Shown here: positions 1 to 12,360 of the stretch, piece by piece
Layout of the letters: each line of letters begins with the position of its first letter
How positions within the stretch are numbered: the first letter of the stretch is position 1
Source: an uncultured delta proteobacterium
GTDB lineage: Bacteria > Desulfobacterota > Desulfuromonadia > Geobacterales > Pseudopelobacteraceae
Reading direction: 5' to 3'
Assembly: GCA_963772835.1 (NCBI GenBank)
Contig: CAVYYZ010000008.1
Coordinates: 96,001 to 160,000 of the forward strand
Length of the DNA: 64,000 nt
Position numbers and translations under genes: made by a program
Notes under the pieces: generated by a model
Database searches by the model: none
What the model saw: only the letters and a program-made list of their open reading frames with translations
What the model was told of the DNA's origin: nothing

Positions 1-1
1 G

Positions 2-1069
2 CAGAGCACGGAGACCTTCAGCCTGGCGAAGTCCGGCCTGAAGGATGGGGAGATTACCCTGCAGGTCACGGCAACAGGTTCCGCCACCCGTTTCGGTGCT
101 GACCGGACCACAACCCGGCCTTTTCCCTTCACTTTGGATAACAAGCCGCCTGAAGTGGCGATATTGAGCGTTGCACACAATATTATCCAGGGAGGTGCGG
201 GACTGGTTGTCTACACAATCTCGAAAGATGTTGAAAAGAGCGGTGTGGTATTCGGCGACCAGTTTTATCCGGGGTACCGACAGGGAGGGGATACGTATGC
301 CTGTCTCTTCCCGTTCCCCTATAATCTGGATCCCGACAAGTTCGTACCCAGGGTGATAGCGGTCGACAGGGCAGGCAACGAGCGGCAACGCGGCATCAAC
401 TATCATTTGATTGCAAAAAGCTTTTCAACTGACCGTATCAATCTGAGCGACAGCTTCCTCGAAAAGATTGCCGCGGAGTTCAAGGGGAAGTTCCCCCAGG
501 CGGCAACGCCCCTGGAGACATTCCTCACGGCAAACAGGGACGAGCGGCAGCAGGACCTCAAGCTGATCAACGAATATGGCCGCAAGACCTCGCCGGTGCC
601 GCTCTGGCGGGAGACCTTCCTGCGCATGCCGAAAACAGCCTCTCTCGGCGGGTTTGCGCAGTTTCGCACCTATCTCTACCAGGGGCACGAGGTCGACCGG
701 CAGACACATCTCGGGTTCGATCTGGCATCGCTGGCCCACGCAGACGTACCGGCCGCCAACCGCGGCAAGGTCGTCTTTGCAGGCGACCTGGGCATCTATG
801 GCAGTTGCATCATTATCGACCACGGACTGGGGTTACAGACCATCTACGGACACCTGAGCCGGATCAGTGTCAAGCCGGGTGATATGGTGGAAAGCGGAAA
901 GGTAATCGGTGCTACCGGGGCCACCGGCATGGCCGGCGGCGATCATCTCCATTACGAAATGACCATTTCCGGTCAGTCGGTCAATCCGATCGAATGGTGG
1001 GATGCGCACTGGATGAAAAATAACGTTACGGGCAAGCTCAAAATAGTCAAGGCGACCGGCTCCAAATAA
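2..1069 (+). CDS. M23 family metallopeptidase (5' end lies outside the window)
   Basis: Frame open from base 2; HLGFD (HxxxD), YGHL and HLHYE (HxH) M23 zinc motifs. Confidence 0.9.
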   Translation, partial: QSTETFSLAKSGLKDGEITLQVTATGSATRFGADRTTTRPFPFTLDNKPPEVAILSVAHNIIQGGAGLVVYTISKDVEKSGVVFGDQFYPGYRQGGDTYACLFPFPYNLDPDKFVPRVIAVDRAGNERQRGINYHLIAKSFSTDRINLSDSFLEKIAAEFKGKFPQAATPLETFLTANRDERQQDLKLINEYGRKTSPVPLWRETFLRMPKTASLGGFAQFRTYLYQGHEVDRQTHLGFDLASLAHADVPAANRGKVVFAGDLGIYGSCIIIDHGLGLQTIYGHLSRISVKPGDMVESGKVIGATGATGMAGGDHLHYEMTISGQSVNPIEWWDAHWMKNNVTGKLKIVKATGSK

Positions 1070-1182
1070 GTAAATTGGGGTATACCGGAGTTAATTGGTG
1101 CGTTCATCTTATCCTCCCAGCTCAAGGTGTCTCCTGGGGGTTGAATCCACCTGTACGAGTCCGAATTGCAAGAGTCGCTCTA

Positions 1183-1389
1183 GCTATGCCGTCCGTCGTG
1201 CCAAGATCCTCGCAGGTCATTGCCCGCACCTTTCGCCATTCCTTTGCCACGCACCTTTTGCAGGCAAATTACGACATCTGCACCATCCAGAAACCACGCG
1301 GCCACTCCAGCCTGAAAACAACAATGATCTACGCACTCTGCGTTCCGGACAGGGCGATGAAAGAGCCGAAAAGTCCTCTCGATTTCTGA
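1183..1389 (+). pseudogene. C-terminal remnant of an integron-integrase-like tyrosine recombinase
   Basis: YAVRRAKI in one frame, then after a frameshift [20 protein letters not shown]...[11 protein letters not shown]...SPLDF; box II is degenerate and the N-terminal portion is missing. Confidence 0.8.
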
Positions 1390-1428
1390 GGTTTCATGTG
1401 ACATTCACTAAACATCAAGGAGGCACAT

Positions 1429-2232
1429 GTGCCTGAACTTCCGGAAGTTGAAGTAACCCGCCGTAGGCTGGAAGCAGATCTGATGGGAAAAAGATTTATA
1501 CAGGTGGTGCTGCGCGTTACGAAACTTCGGCTTTCGGTTCCACCTGAACTCGCAACTGTTCTGCCGGGGCTTGTGCTGCACGGTATTATGCGGCGAGGGA
1601 AGTATCTGCTGTTTGACTGCGGCAGCGGCTGGCTGCTCGTACATCTGGGAATGACCGGCTTTCTGCGGGTGCTCAACGGTACATCACCGCCGGAAAAACA
1701 CGATCATATTGATTTCATGTTCGATGACGGTCTGCTGCTCCGTTTTCATGATCCGCGTAAATTCGGCATCGTCTCCTGGTTCACCGGTGATCCGGAACAG
1801 CATCCGCTTCTTGCAGGGATCGGCCCGGAGCCGTTTGAAGGGGGCTTTGACGGTGCCTACCTGTTTGGCGTCGCCAGAGACCGGACCGTTGCGGTCAAAC
1901 AGCTGATCATGAACAGTCAGGTGGTGGCCGGGGTGGGGAATATTTATGCCAATGAGGCGCTGTTCCGTGCCCACATCCGTCCGGACCGCGCTTCCGGAAC
2001 TTTGACGCTCCGGGAGTGTACGGAACTTGTTGCGACGATCTGCACTGTTCTGGAAGAGTCGATTGGCGAAGGGAGTGCCTTCCGGGTGTCAGAGGAAACT
2101 GTCGCGTATTACCCGCAGGCACTCAAGGTGTACGGCCGCGGAGGAAAGAGCTGTTTCGCATGCGGAAAAACTCTTGATGAGACCAGACTCGGGAACCGGA
2201 GTACTGTTTTCTGCAGCATCTGTCAAAAATGA
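1429..2232 (+). CDS. mutM: Formamidopyrimidine-DNA glycosylase
   Basis: N-terminal PELPEVE, RRGKYL, HLGMTG, GVGNIYANE, C-terminal CxxC...CxxCQ zinc finger; GGAGG RBS before GTG. Confidence 0.95.
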   Translation: MPELPEVEVTRRRLEADLMGKRFIQVVLRVTKLRLSVPPELATVLPGLVLHGIMRRGKYLLFDCGSGWLLVHLGMTGFLRVLNGTSPPEKHDHIDFMFDDGLLLRFHDPRKFGIVSWFTGDPEQHPLLAGIGPEPFEGGFDGAYLFGVARDRTVAVKQLIMNSQVVAGVGNIYANEALFRAHIRPDRASGTLTLRECTELVATICTVLEESIGEGSAFRVSEETVAYYPQALKVYGRGGKSCFACGKTLDETRLGNRSTVFCSICQK

Positions 2233-2339
2233 GCGGCAGGGTGCCACTGCAGTCAGATAAAACCTTGCGATACCTCAGCCGGATATGTTAATTTCTACCC
2301 CTTTATATCTACAAACCTATCCTTCAGGAGACACCTCTC

Positions 2340-3368
2340 ATGGCTGAAAAAAACAACGTAGTGGAGAAAAACAAGGCAATTGATCTGGCTCTGAGCCAGA
2401 TTGAAAAACAGTTCGGCAAGGGCGCTATTATGCGACTCGGCAATGACGAGGCGCTTCCGGGGGTTGAGGCTATTTCCACCGGTTCCATTTCTCTCGACAT
2501 GGCTCTGGGAGTGGGCGGTGTTCCCCGCGGAAGGGTGATTGAAATTTATGGCCCCGAATCATCAGGAAAAACGACACTGGCACTGCATATCGTCGCGGAG
2601 GCACAGAAAACGGGAGGCATTGCCGCGTTCATCGATGCCGAACATGCACTCGACATCGGCTATGCCCGTAAGTTGGGCGTCAAGACCGATGATCTGCTGG
2701 TATCGCAGCCGGACACCGGTGAGCAGGCGCTGGAAATTACTGAGACGCTGGTCAGGAGCGGTGCGATCGACGTTCTGGTTGTTGACTCGGTGGCCGCTCT
2801 GGTGCCCAAAGCCGAAATTGAAGGTGACATGGGTGACTCCCATATGGGACTGCAGGCGCGTCTGATGTCCCAGGCGCTGCGCAAGCTGACCGGTATCATC
2901 AGCAAGTCGAACTGCTGTGTTATTTTCATCAATCAGATCAGGATGAAAATCGGCGTCATGTTCGGTAATCCCGAGACGACAACCGGCGGTAACGCTCTTA
3001 AATTTTACGCTTCCGTGCGTATGGATATCCGCAAAATTGCGACACTGAAGCAGGGAGATCAGATCATCGGTTCCCGTACCCGGGTCAAGGTTGTCAAAAA
3101 CAAGGTTGCCCCCCCGTTCAAAGAAGTTGAATTTGATATTCTCTACGGTGAAGGTATCTCGCGAACCGGGGACGTGCTGGATCTGGCGGTTGATAGAAAC
3201 ATCGTGGAAAAAAGCGGTGCATGGTACTCCTACGGCAAAGAGCGGATCGGTCAGGGGCGCGAGAATTCACGCACCTGGCTGACTGAACACCCCGAAACGC
3301 TTGCCGAGATTGAAGGTAAACTGATGGATCTGCTCAAGCCGGCTCCCGCCCCTGAAAAGGCTGCTTAG
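2340..3368 (+). CDS. recA: Recombinase RecA
   Basis: GPESSGKTT Walker [30 protein letters not shown]. Confidence 0.99.
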   Translation: MAEKNNVVEKNKAIDLALSQIEKQFGKGAIMRLGNDEALPGVEAISTGSISLDMALGVGGVPRGRVIEIYGPESSGKTTLALHIVAEAQKTGGIAAFIDAEHALDIGYARKLGVKTDDLLVSQPDTGEQALEITETLVRSGAIDVLVVDSVAALVPKAEIEGDMGDSHMGLQARLMSQALRKLTGIISKSNCCVIFINQIRMKIGVMFGNPETTTGGNALKFYASVRMDIRKIATLKQGDQIIGSRTRVKVVKNKVAPPFKEVEFDILYGEGISRTGDVLDLAVDRNIVEKSGAWYSYGKERIGQGRENSRTWLTEHPETLAEIEGKLMDLLKPAPAPEKAA

Positions 3369-3383
3369 CTGCGGAGGTAAGTC

Positions 3384-4541
3384 ATGGATCTGAACGAGAT
3401 ACTCACCATTGCGTTTAAAGCCAAGGGTTCGGATATTCATATAAAGACCGGCCTGCCTCCTATTGTGCGTATTGACGGCCGTCTTCACCCGATCCCCAAC
3501 GCCCAGCGGCTGTCGCCCGACTTTGTGTCCGACACGGCCAACTCGATGATGAATGATCGTCAACGGCGTATGTTTGAGGAAAACTATGAAGTCGATCTGG
3601 CATATGCCGTGCCGGGACTCGGCCGCTTCAGGGTCAGTGTCTACCGGCAGCGCGGCACGGTGGCGATGGTCTTCCGCTCTATTTCATTTGTTATCCCGAC
3701 GCTGGAAGGGCTCAATCTGCCGCCGGTCATGAAGAAAATCTGCCTGGAAGAGCGGGGGCTGATCCTGGTGACAGGGACCACCGGTTCGGGCAAATCAAGT
3801 ACGCTTGCGGCCATGATTGATTTCATCAATAATCAGCGTACCTGTAATGTCATCACAATCGAAGATCCGGTTGAATTCCTGCACCGCGATAACAAGAGCA
3901 TCATCAGCCAGCGTGAGGTCGGTACTGATACACCTACGTTCTCAGCTGCTCTGAAAGGGGCGCTGCGCCAGGATCCTGACGTCATTCTGGTTGGCGAAAT
4001 GCGTGATTATGAAACGATCGAGACGGCGATGACCGCTGCAGAGACCGGTCATCTGGTCATGTCCACCCTGCATACGATGGACGCGGCGGAAACCATCAAC
4101 CGCATCATTGGAGTGTTCCCTCCCTATCATCAGCGTCAGGTGCGAATTCAGCTGGCAGGCATCATCAAGGGTGTTATCTCCCAGAGGCTCGTGCCACGGT
4201 CAGACGGCAAGGGGCGCGTTCCGGCGGTGGAGATCATGCTGGCGTCGGCTCGTGTCAGGGAATGTATTGATGACAAGGATAAAACCAAGCAGTTGAACGA
4301 CGCCATTGCCCAGGGTTTTGTCTCATACGGGATGCAGAGCTTTGACCAGTCACTGATGAAGCTGTATTCCAGCAAGCTGATTACCTATGATGAAGCGCTT
4401 CGCCAGAGCTCTAATCCTGACGACTTTGCCCTCAAGGTGTCCGGTATTTCATCAACGTCGGATGCTTCGTGGGAAGGGTTTGAGAATAAGCCAGATGATG
4501 CCGCCGCGGAGCCGGATACGCTTGATATCGAAAAATATTGA
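3384..4541 (+). CDS. pilT: PilT/PilU-family type IV pilus retraction ATPase
   Basis: SDIHI, GTTGSGKSST, TIEDPVE, ALRQDPDVILVGEMRD, AETGHLVMSTLH, GMQSFDQSL. Confidence 0.9.
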   Translation: MDLNEILTIAFKAKGSDIHIKTGLPPIVRIDGRLHPIPNAQRLSPDFVSDTANSMMNDRQRRMFEENYEVDLAYAVPGLGRFRVSVYRQRGTVAMVFRSISFVIPTLEGLNLPPVMKKICLEERGLILVTGTTGSGKSSTLAAMIDFINNQRTCNVITIEDPVEFLHRDNKSIISQREVGTDTPTFSAALKGALRQDPDVILVGEMRDYETIETAMTAAETGHLVMSTLHTMDAAETINRIIGVFPPYHQRQVRIQLAGIIKGVISQRLVPRSDGKGRVPAVEIMLASARVRECIDDKDKTKQLNDAIAQGFVSYGMQSFDQSLMKLYSSKLITYDEALRQSSNPDDFALKVSGISSTSDASWEGFENKPDDAAAEPDTLDIEKY

Positions 4542-5004
4542 GCCCTTAACTGCAGACAAGGTCTACCAGTACGCGTTACGACTGCTGACCGGCCGGGATT
4601 ATACCGTTGCGAGAATACGGCAGAAACTGGCGGCGCGGGAAGTGGCCAGACAGGATCTCGAAGAGGCGGTTTCACGGCTGCAGCGTGAGGGGTGGCTGAA
4701 TGATGCGCGTTATGCCGAACGGTTTGCGGAAGCGGCGCTTTCGTCAGGCCGCTATTACGGGGCCCGCCTCCGTATGGAGATGCGCCGTAAAGGGTTCAGC
4801 GCGGATGTGGTAAGTGAAACAGTTGCGCCGCTATTGGCGGAGAGCGATGAAATTTCCGAGGTCAGGTCGGCGGCAGAGCGCCGCTACCCCGGATTTTCCT
4901 ATTCAGCGGCAAACGATCGTGACAAAAGAAGAGTGGTCGGCTTTCTGCAGCGGCGCGGCTTCGGTTTTTCCGCGATAATGCGGGCATTACGGGCTGAGGA
5001 ATAA
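4522..5004 (+). CDS. recX: Regulatory protein RecX
   Basis: ALRLL..RDY, WLNDARYA, FLQRRGF motifs; downstream of recA; TTG start at 4522 after GGAG is my estimate. Confidence 0.85.
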   Translation: MISKNIEPLTADKVYQYALRLLTGRDYTVARIRQKLAAREVARQDLEEAVSRLQREGWLNDARYAERFAEAALSSGRYYGARLRMEMRRKGFSADVVSETVAPLLAESDEISEVRSAAERRYPGFSYSAANDRDKRRVVGFLQRRGFGFSAIMRALRAEE

Positions 5005-5209
5005 GCATAAGGACAGTCCGCCAATAAAGTTTTCCGCAACGACGCAACAACAAATGTTCAACTCGTGGAAAAAGGACTTGTATATAAGACCTTCGTCAGG
5101 TGCAAACTGACTGTTGTCAGTGCATGGAAGCGAGTTGCATATGCCCGGTTTGATGGTGTTTCACCCACGAATGGTAACGAATCAAATAGCAAGGGAGTAC
5201 GAAGACATC

Positions 5210-7846
5210 ATGACAGGTACAGAGATTCGAGCACTTTTTCTTCAGTATTTTGCCGACCGGGGTCACACAGTCGTTCCCAGTTCGGGAATCCTTCCCAAGA
5301 ATGATCCGACCCTGATGTTTGCCAATGCCGGTATGAACCAGTTCAAGGATTGTTTTCTGGGGCTTGAGGATAGAGGGTATTACCGGGCTGCCAGTTCCCA
5401 GAAATGCGTTCGGGCGGGAGGGAAGCATAACGATCTCGAAAACGTCGGCCGGACGGCCCGGCACCACACGTTCTTTGAAATGCTGGGGAATTTTTCCTTC
5501 GGTGATTATTTCAAGAAAGAGGCGATTGCCTATGCCTGGGAGTTTTTGACCGAAGAGTTGAAGCTGGACAAAAACCGCCTGTATGTGACGGTTTACACCG
5601 ATGATGATGAAGCTGCAGATATCTGGCACATGCAGGAAGGCATACCCCGTGACCGTATTTTCCGCTTCGGCGAAAAGGACAATTTCTGGTCGATGGGTGA
5701 TACCGGTCCCTGCGGTCCCTGCAGCGAAATTTTCTATGATCAGGGGGCGGAAATCGGGTGCGATCGCCCCGACTGCAACGTCGGCTGTGACTGTGACCGT
5801 TACATGGAGATCTGGAACAACGTATTCATGCAGTTCAACCGGACAAGTGACGGTGTCCTGACGCCGCTTCCGAAGCCGTCGGTGGATACCGGAATGGGAT
5901 TGGAACGCGTTACGGCAGTTATGCAGGGGGTCAGATCCAATTACGATATTGATATCCTGCAGGGGATTATCCGTCATATTGAACGGTTGTCGGGTAAACT
6001 CTACGGTGCCGATGATAAGGATAACGTCTCGATGCGGGTTATTGCCGATCATGCCCGGGCGGTGACGTTCCTTATCTGTGACGGCGCTCTCCCGTCCAAT
6101 GAAGGGCGTGGATATGTGCTGCGGCGCATCATGCGCCGGGCCGCCCGCCATGCCAAGATGCTCGGCTGTGCGGAGCCGATGCTGCATCACATGGTTGATG
6201 CGGTACGGGAGGCGATGGGGGATGCATATCCGGAACTGCAGGAACGTGAAGAGTATATCAAGAAGGTCGTTCTCGGTGAGGAGCAGCGTTTTGCTGAAAC
6301 CCTGGATCGAGGGCTGGCTATTCTCAATGATGAGGTTGCCGCCCTGCGTGGCGCCGGAACAGATGTGATCCCGGGTGATGTGCTGTTCAAACTGTACGAT
6401 ACCTATGGATTTCCGATTGATCTGACGGCCGATATTGTCGAGAGCGAGGGCTTTACGATTGATGAAGCCGGTTTTGAAAGAAGCATGGAGCGTCAGCGGG
6501 CACAGGCACGTGAGCATTGGAAAGGCTCTGGTGAAGAGGGGATTGCCCAGGTATACAAAGAACTTCACAACAGTGGAGTGCGCGGGCAGTTTGTCGGCTA
6601 CGACGAAATGTCGACCTACGCTCCTGTCGTGGCAATTATCCGCGATGGAGTTCCTGTTGAATCAGCAGCGGCGGGGGATTCGGTGGCGCTGATCACTGAA
6701 AAGACCCCGTTCTATGGAGATTCGGGTGGCCAGAAAGGTGATTGCGGAACAATTTCAACTGGAAACGCACACCTTGAAGTGAGTACTGCCAGCCGCCCCT
6801 TTACCGATATGATTGTCCATCACGCAGTCGTGACAGAGGGGATTGTCAAAATCGGTGATGCTGCGGATTTAAAAGTGTCCCGCCTGGAACGCGATGCCAT
6901 CTGCCGGAATCATACCGCGACGCACCTGCTCCAGAGTGCTCTTCGTCAGGTGTTGGGTGAACATGTCAAACAGGCCGGTTCACTGGTATCGCTTGATCGC
7001 CTTCGTTTTGACTTCACGCATTTTTCTGCGACATCTGATGAAGAGTTGCGCCGGATTGAAACGATTGTGAACAGGTTCGTCATGGCAAATCATCAGGTAA
7101 TAACCCGTGAGATGAATGTCGCTGAAGCGATAGAGTCAGGTGCCACGGCGTTATTTGATGAGAAATACGGTGATTCTGTCCGTGTCGTGAGGGTAGGCGA
7201 CGTCAGCATGGAGTTGTGCGGCGGAACTCATGTTCGGGCTGCCGGTGATATAGGCCTGTTCAAAATCGTTTCTGAAGCGGGAATTGCTGCCGGAGTACGG
7301 CGTATCGAAGCATTGACCGGTCTCGGGGCGCTCGGCTTTGTCAGGCAGATGGAAGACGAGCAGAGAGAAATAGCTCAGCTGCTTAAGGCGGAAGCGGGTA
7401 ATTCCCGCGACCGGCTCGAAAAACTGCTGGCCCGTCAGAGAGATCTGCTTCGTGAAATAGAAACTCTTCAGTCAAAGCTGAATGTTGCCGCTTCCGGAGA
7501 TTTGCTGTCACAGACGACTCTGGTACAGGGGATAAAGCTGCTGGCAGTCCAGGTACAGGTTGAGGATATAAAAGCACTGCGTGACCTGTCAGATACACTG
7601 AAAGACCGCATCGGAGAGGGAGTGATTGCACTTGGCGCCGCAATCGGCGGCAAAGCGAATCTGCTGATCGCAGTCACCAGGGAGCTGAGCGGATCAATCA
7701 GGGCCGGCGATATTATCAAACAGATTGCGCCTCTTGTCGGCGGCAGTGGCGGTGGTAAACCGGAACTGGCGCAGGCGGGGGGAAACCAGCCGGAAATGCT
7801 GGACGAGGCATTGGCGGCAGTCTCTGCAATTCTTCTGATCCGTTGA
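5210..7846 (+). CDS. alaS: Alanine--tRNA ligase
   Basis: [28 protein letters not shown], editing motifs HTATH and [15 protein letters not shown]; start set at MTGTEIR. Confidence 0.98.
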   Translation: MTGTEIRALFLQYFADRGHTVVPSSGILPKNDPTLMFANAGMNQFKDCFLGLEDRGYYRAASSQKCVRAGGKHNDLENVGRTARHHTFFEMLGNFSFGDYFKKEAIAYAWEFLTEELKLDKNRLYVTVYTDDDEAADIWHMQEGIPRDRIFRFGEKDNFWSMGDTGPCGPCSEIFYDQGAEIGCDRPDCNVGCDCDRYMEIWNNVFMQFNRTSDGVLTPLPKPSVDTGMGLERVTAVMQGVRSNYDIDILQGIIRHIERLSGKLYGADDKDNVSMRVIADHARAVTFLICDGALPSNEGRGYVLRRIMRRAARHAKMLGCAEPMLHHMVDAVREAMGDAYPELQEREEYIKKVVLGEEQRFAETLDRGLAILNDEVAALRGAGTDVIPGDVLFKLYDTYGFPIDLTADIVESEGFTIDEAGFERSMERQRAQAREHWKGSGEEGIAQVYKELHNSGVRGQFVGYDEMSTYAPVVAIIRDGVPVESAAAGDSVALITEKTPFYGDSGGQKGDCGTISTGNAHLEVSTASRPFTDMIVHHAVVTEGIVKIGDAADLKVSRLERDAICRNHTATHLLQSALRQVLGEHVKQAGSLVSLDRLRFDFTHFSATSDEELRRIETIVNRFVMANHQVITREMNVAEAIESGATALFDEKYGDSVRVVRVGDVSMELCGGTHVRAAGDIGLFKIVSEAGIAAGVRRIEALTGLGALGFVRQMEDEQREIAQLLKAEAGNSRDRLEKLLARQRDLLREIETLQSKLNVAASGDLLSQTTLVQGIKLLAVQVQVEDIKALRDLSDTLKDRIGEGVIALGAAIGGKANLLIAVTRELSGSIRAGDIIKQIAPLVGGSGGGKPELAQAGGNQPEMLDEALAAVSAILLIR

Positions 7847-7909
7847 GATTTACATCCCGACGTATCGGGTCAGTACACCTGTAAAACAGCGAGCACCCCG
7901 GAGTCCGGT

Positions 7910-9031
7910 ATGTCGGCACCACTCTCACATGATAAGGAGGGCCTTTTGCGATCGCCACAGGCAACTATTTTAGTTGTTGATGACGACAGGACTATCCGTG
8001 AGCTTTGTGCATTGGCCCTCAACAGGTACCGGGTGATTCAGGCGGATACATGTGAGGCGGCCTTCCGGTTATATGAGAAGGAACGTGTCGACCTGGTGCT
8101 TTCCGATATATCGATGCCCGGAGGGTCGGGTATTGATCTGCTGAAACAGATAAAAAGGCTTGATCCGAACGCGATGGTGATCATCATGACCGGGTTTGCG
8201 GATAAAGAGATCATACTGAGTGCGCTTAAGGAAGACGCCGATGATTTTATCAATAAGCCCCTCAATCTTCTGCAGCTGAAAAACTCTATCGAAAATGCAC
8301 TGGCAAAAAAAGCGCTTAAAGAGGAGTTGGCAGACATCAAGCACTCCGACGCGCTAAAAAATGCGTTTCTCTCCCTCGTATCACATAAGCTGCGCACTCC
8401 GATCACCGGTATTTCTCTGTTTCTGCAAAATCTCCGGATGGGAGTGATTAATCCCGCTGATCCGGTTTCCCGGCAGAGTATTGACCTGGCCAGCGAGGAG
8501 GTCCGCTATCTCGGTCAACTGGTTGCCGATCTGCTGTCGTTCAGTCAGGTTATGGTTGAAGGTGCTGAAGTCGTCAAGTGTTCGGCTGATTTGTCTGAAA
8601 TCGTTGCTGATGTGCTGATCAAATGCCGTGAAGAACATTGTAATTTCAATGTTGAGATTGAAACTGATCCGGATGCTTTGCCGGCGGTTTCGCTTGACGC
8701 GTCTAAAATCCGCTTTGCACTGCATCAAGTGATCGGCAATGCCTTCAAGTTCGCCGGAGCATTCGGTAATATTTTCATTAAGATCGGCAGTCACGGCAGT
8801 AATGCATTCATTATTGTGTCAGACACGGGAATCGGAATTCCGGAGTCTGAGCTGCCGAAGGTCTTTGAAAAATTTTATCAAATCGACCCGGATCACACCG
8901 GTCAGATACGCGGCTTTGGACTGGGGCTGTTCTACGCACGGGAATTCATTCTGCAGCATGGCGGTAATATCAGTATCGCCAGTGAACCTGGTTTGGGGAC
9001 AACAGTTACGATAAGCCTCCCGCTGCAATAA
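7910..9031 (+). CDS. Hybrid receiver-domain histidine kinase (no input sensor domain)
   Basis: VVDDD/SDISMP/KP receiver domain; SHKLRTP H-box, NAFKF, DTGIGI, GFGLGL. Confidence 0.9.
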   Translation: MSAPLSHDKEGLLRSPQATILVVDDDRTIRELCALALNRYRVIQADTCEAAFRLYEKERVDLVLSDISMPGGSGIDLLKQIKRLDPNAMVIIMTGFADKEIILSALKEDADDFINKPLNLLQLKNSIENALAKKALKEELADIKHSDALKNAFLSLVSHKLRTPITGISLFLQNLRMGVINPADPVSRQSIDLASEEVRYLGQLVADLLSFSQVMVEGAEVVKCSADLSEIVADVLIKCREEHCNFNVEIETDPDALPAVSLDASKIRFALHQVIGNAFKFAGAFGNIFIKIGSHGSNAFIIVSDTGIGIPESELPKVFEKFYQIDPDHTGQIRGFGLGLFYAREFILQHGGNISIASEPGLGTTVTISLPLQ

Positions 9032-9061
9032 GCTTTTGAGATTTTTATTAATATACGGTAG

Positions 9062-10042
<981 letters not shown>

Positions 10043-10171
10043 AACGTGCTTTTTCGTCCACCTTTCGTTGATTCCCGTGTCCCCTGGCAACATGGTGATG
10101 ATACGCCGTCGCGCCACCCATGATCGTATTGGTCTGATGTATAAACCGCATGTGACAGATAGGAAGACACA

Positions 10172-11371
10172 ATGAACAGCAAGCAATGGATTGACAGATC
10201 CGACAAATACATAATGAAAACCTATGGCCGCTACCCGATCGTTCCTGTCAGGGGAAAAGGGTGCCGGTTGTGGGATGTGGACGGCAAGGAGTATCTTGAC
10301 TTTCTTGGCGGTGTTGCGGTCAACAATCTGGGGCATTGCCACCCGAATGTTGTTGCAGCTCTCCAGAAACAGGCTGCAGAGATGATCCACTGTTCCAATT
10401 ACTACCAGATCCCGCAGCAGATCGAATTGGCGGAGCTGCTGTGCAATCACTCGTTTGCTGATAAAGCGTTCTTCTGCAACAGCGGCGCAGAAGCTAACGA
10501 GGCCGCAATTAAGCTGGCCCGTAAGTACAGCCGTGACACGTTCGGGCCGGAACGCTACGAAATAATTACCGCCACGGATTCCTTCCACGGGCGGACTATG
10601 GCCACGGTTTCTGCTACCGGCCAGGAGAAGGTACAGCGCTTTTTTGATCCGCTCCTGCACGGCTTCAAACATGTCCCTTTCAATGATGTGGCCGCGTTGG
10701 AAGCGGCAGTAACCCCGACGACCTGTGCCGTTATGCTCGAACCGATCCAGGGCGAAGGGGGGGTCAACATGCCTTCGGCCGACTATTTCCAGGCTGTACG
10801 GGAGATCTGTGACCGCCACGGGCTGCTGCTGATATTTGACGAGGTCCAGGTGGGGATGGGGCGTACCGGTACTCTCTTTGCCTATGAACATTTCGATGTG
10901 GCACCCGATATTATGACGCTGGCCAAAGCATTGGCCGGTGGCGCCCCCATCGGTACAATGCTGGCCAGGGACAGATTTGCAGCCGCCTTTGTCCCCGGCA
11001 CCCACGGGTCAACCTTTGGCGGTAATCCACTGGTGTGCGCCGCGGCCATCGCCACTGTCAGGACAATTCTGGAGGATGGTCTTCTTAACCGATGTGTTGA
11101 AATCGGCGAATACCTGACCGGTGAACTTGAAACCGTTGGCAGGAAATATCCGTTTGTCAGGGAAGTTCGCGGGGTTGGCCTGATGATCGGTATGGCGCTT
11201 GACATCCCTGCAGGTGATATCGTCAGGAAAGGGCACGAGCGGGGGGTACTCCTGAACGTGGTTCACGATACGGTGCTGCGTTTTGTGCCGCCGCTGGTGA
11301 TAACCCGTCAGGAGATCGATACGATGATAGCAATCCTTGACGGTATCTTTGCTGAGATTGAGGTTGAGTAA
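10172..11371 (+). CDS. argD: Acetylornithine aminotransferase
   Basis: NSGAEANE, SFHGRT, EPIQGEGG, DEVQ, LAKALAGG, HGSTFGGNP; arg operon context. Confidence 0.95.
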   Translation: MNSKQWIDRSDKYIMKTYGRYPIVPVRGKGCRLWDVDGKEYLDFLGGVAVNNLGHCHPNVVAALQKQAAEMIHCSNYYQIPQQIELAELLCNHSFADKAFFCNSGAEANEAAIKLARKYSRDTFGPERYEIITATDSFHGRTMATVSATGQEKVQRFFDPLLHGFKHVPFNDVAALEAAVTPTTCAVMLEPIQGEGGVNMPSADYFQAVREICDRHGLLLIFDEVQVGMGRTGTLFAYEHFDVAPDIMTLAKALAGGAPIGTMLARDRFAAAFVPGTHGSTFGGNPLVCAAAIATVRTILEDGLLNRCVEIGEYLTGELETVGRKYPFVREVRGVGLMIGMALDIPAGDIVRKGHERGVLLNVVHDTVLRFVPPLVITRQEIDTMIAILDGIFAEIEVE

Positions 11372-11417
11372 TTTAGCTATCGGACTATCTCACTGTATCC
11401 GGGTTAGGAGAGAATAG

Positions 11418-12329
11418 ATGACGCGACATTTTCTTGCATTGCATGATTATTCCAGGAATGAACTGGACGACCTGCTGATACTGGCCGCCGACCTGAAGAT
11501 CAAGTTGAAGAACGGTATTCCGCACAGGCTGCTCGACGGCAAAACGGTGGCACTGATTTTCGAGAAGTCATCCACCCGTACCAGGGTTTCATTCGAAGTA
11601 GGTGTTTACCAGTTAGGCGGGCATGGCCTGTTCATGCCATCCGGCACCTCCCAGATGGGTCGTGGTGAGCCGATCAAGGATAGTGCCCGTGTCATGTCCC
11701 GTTATTGCAACGGGGTAATGATCCGGACGTTCGGGCAGGAGATCGTTGAGGAATTTGCGCGTTTTTCCTCTGTTCCGATCATAAACGGTCTGACCGACCT
11801 GTTTCACCCCTGCCAGATCATGGCCGATATTCTGACGGTGATCGAACATAAAGGCGGGTATCAGGGATTGACTTTCGCCTGGGTGGGAGACGGCAACAAC
11901 ATGGCTAATACCTGGATCGAGGCGGCAGCAATCTTCGGATTTGAATTGCGTCTTGCCTGTCCTGCCGGGTATGAGCCGGACCGGAAAGTCATGGAATGGG
12001 CCGAGGCCAAGTCTCCCGGGCTGATTTCGCTGTCGACCGACCCGAAGGTGGCGGTGAGGGGCGCGGATGTCGTCAACACCGACGTCTGGGCAAGCATGGG
12101 GCAGGAGGCGGAACAGCACGAGCGCGAAATGGCATTTGCCGGCTATTGCCTGGACGATACACTGCTGGCTCTGGCAAAGCCGGATTGTGTAGTACTGCAC
12201 TGTCTTCCCGCACATCGCGGCGAGGAGATCTCCGATTCGGTTATCGAAGGGAAAAATTCTGTTGTCTGGGATGAAGCGGAGAATCGATTGCATATTCAGA
12301 AGGCCATTATGGCTGCTCTCATAAAATAA
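11418..12329 (+). CDS. argF: Ornithine carbamoyltransferase
   Basis: SSTRTR, HPCQ, HCLP, AENR. Confidence 0.97.
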   Translation: MTRHFLALHDYSRNELDDLLILAADLKIKLKNGIPHRLLDGKTVALIFEKSSTRTRVSFEVGVYQLGGHGLFMPSGTSQMGRGEPIKDSARVMSRYCNGVMIRTFGQEIVEEFARFSSVPIINGLTDLFHPCQIMADILTVIEHKGGYQGLTFAWVGDGNNMANTWIEAAAIFGFELRLACPAGYEPDRKVMEWAEAKSPGLISLSTDPKVAVRGADVVNTDVWASMGQEAEQHEREMAFAGYCLDDTLLALAKPDCVVLHCLPAHRGEEISDSVIEGKNSVVWDEAENRLHIQKAIMAALIK

Positions 12330-12360
12330 ATGTGCGGTTATGCGTAAAAAGGAGAATGAA

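Noticed and set aside
1075..1182. Upstream part of the 104-aa ORF as a real integrase N-terminus
   Set aside because: Integrase similarity begins only at ~1183 and in another frame; the upstream translation is unrelated
5005..5209. Long alaS leader as a possible T-box
   Set aside because: No T-box consensus or terminator/antiterminator found by eye
5117..6568. 483-aa antisense ORF, and similar long antisense ORFs over argD, argF and nuoF
   Set aside because: Shadow frames of conserved genes caused by codon bias; no motifs or RBS
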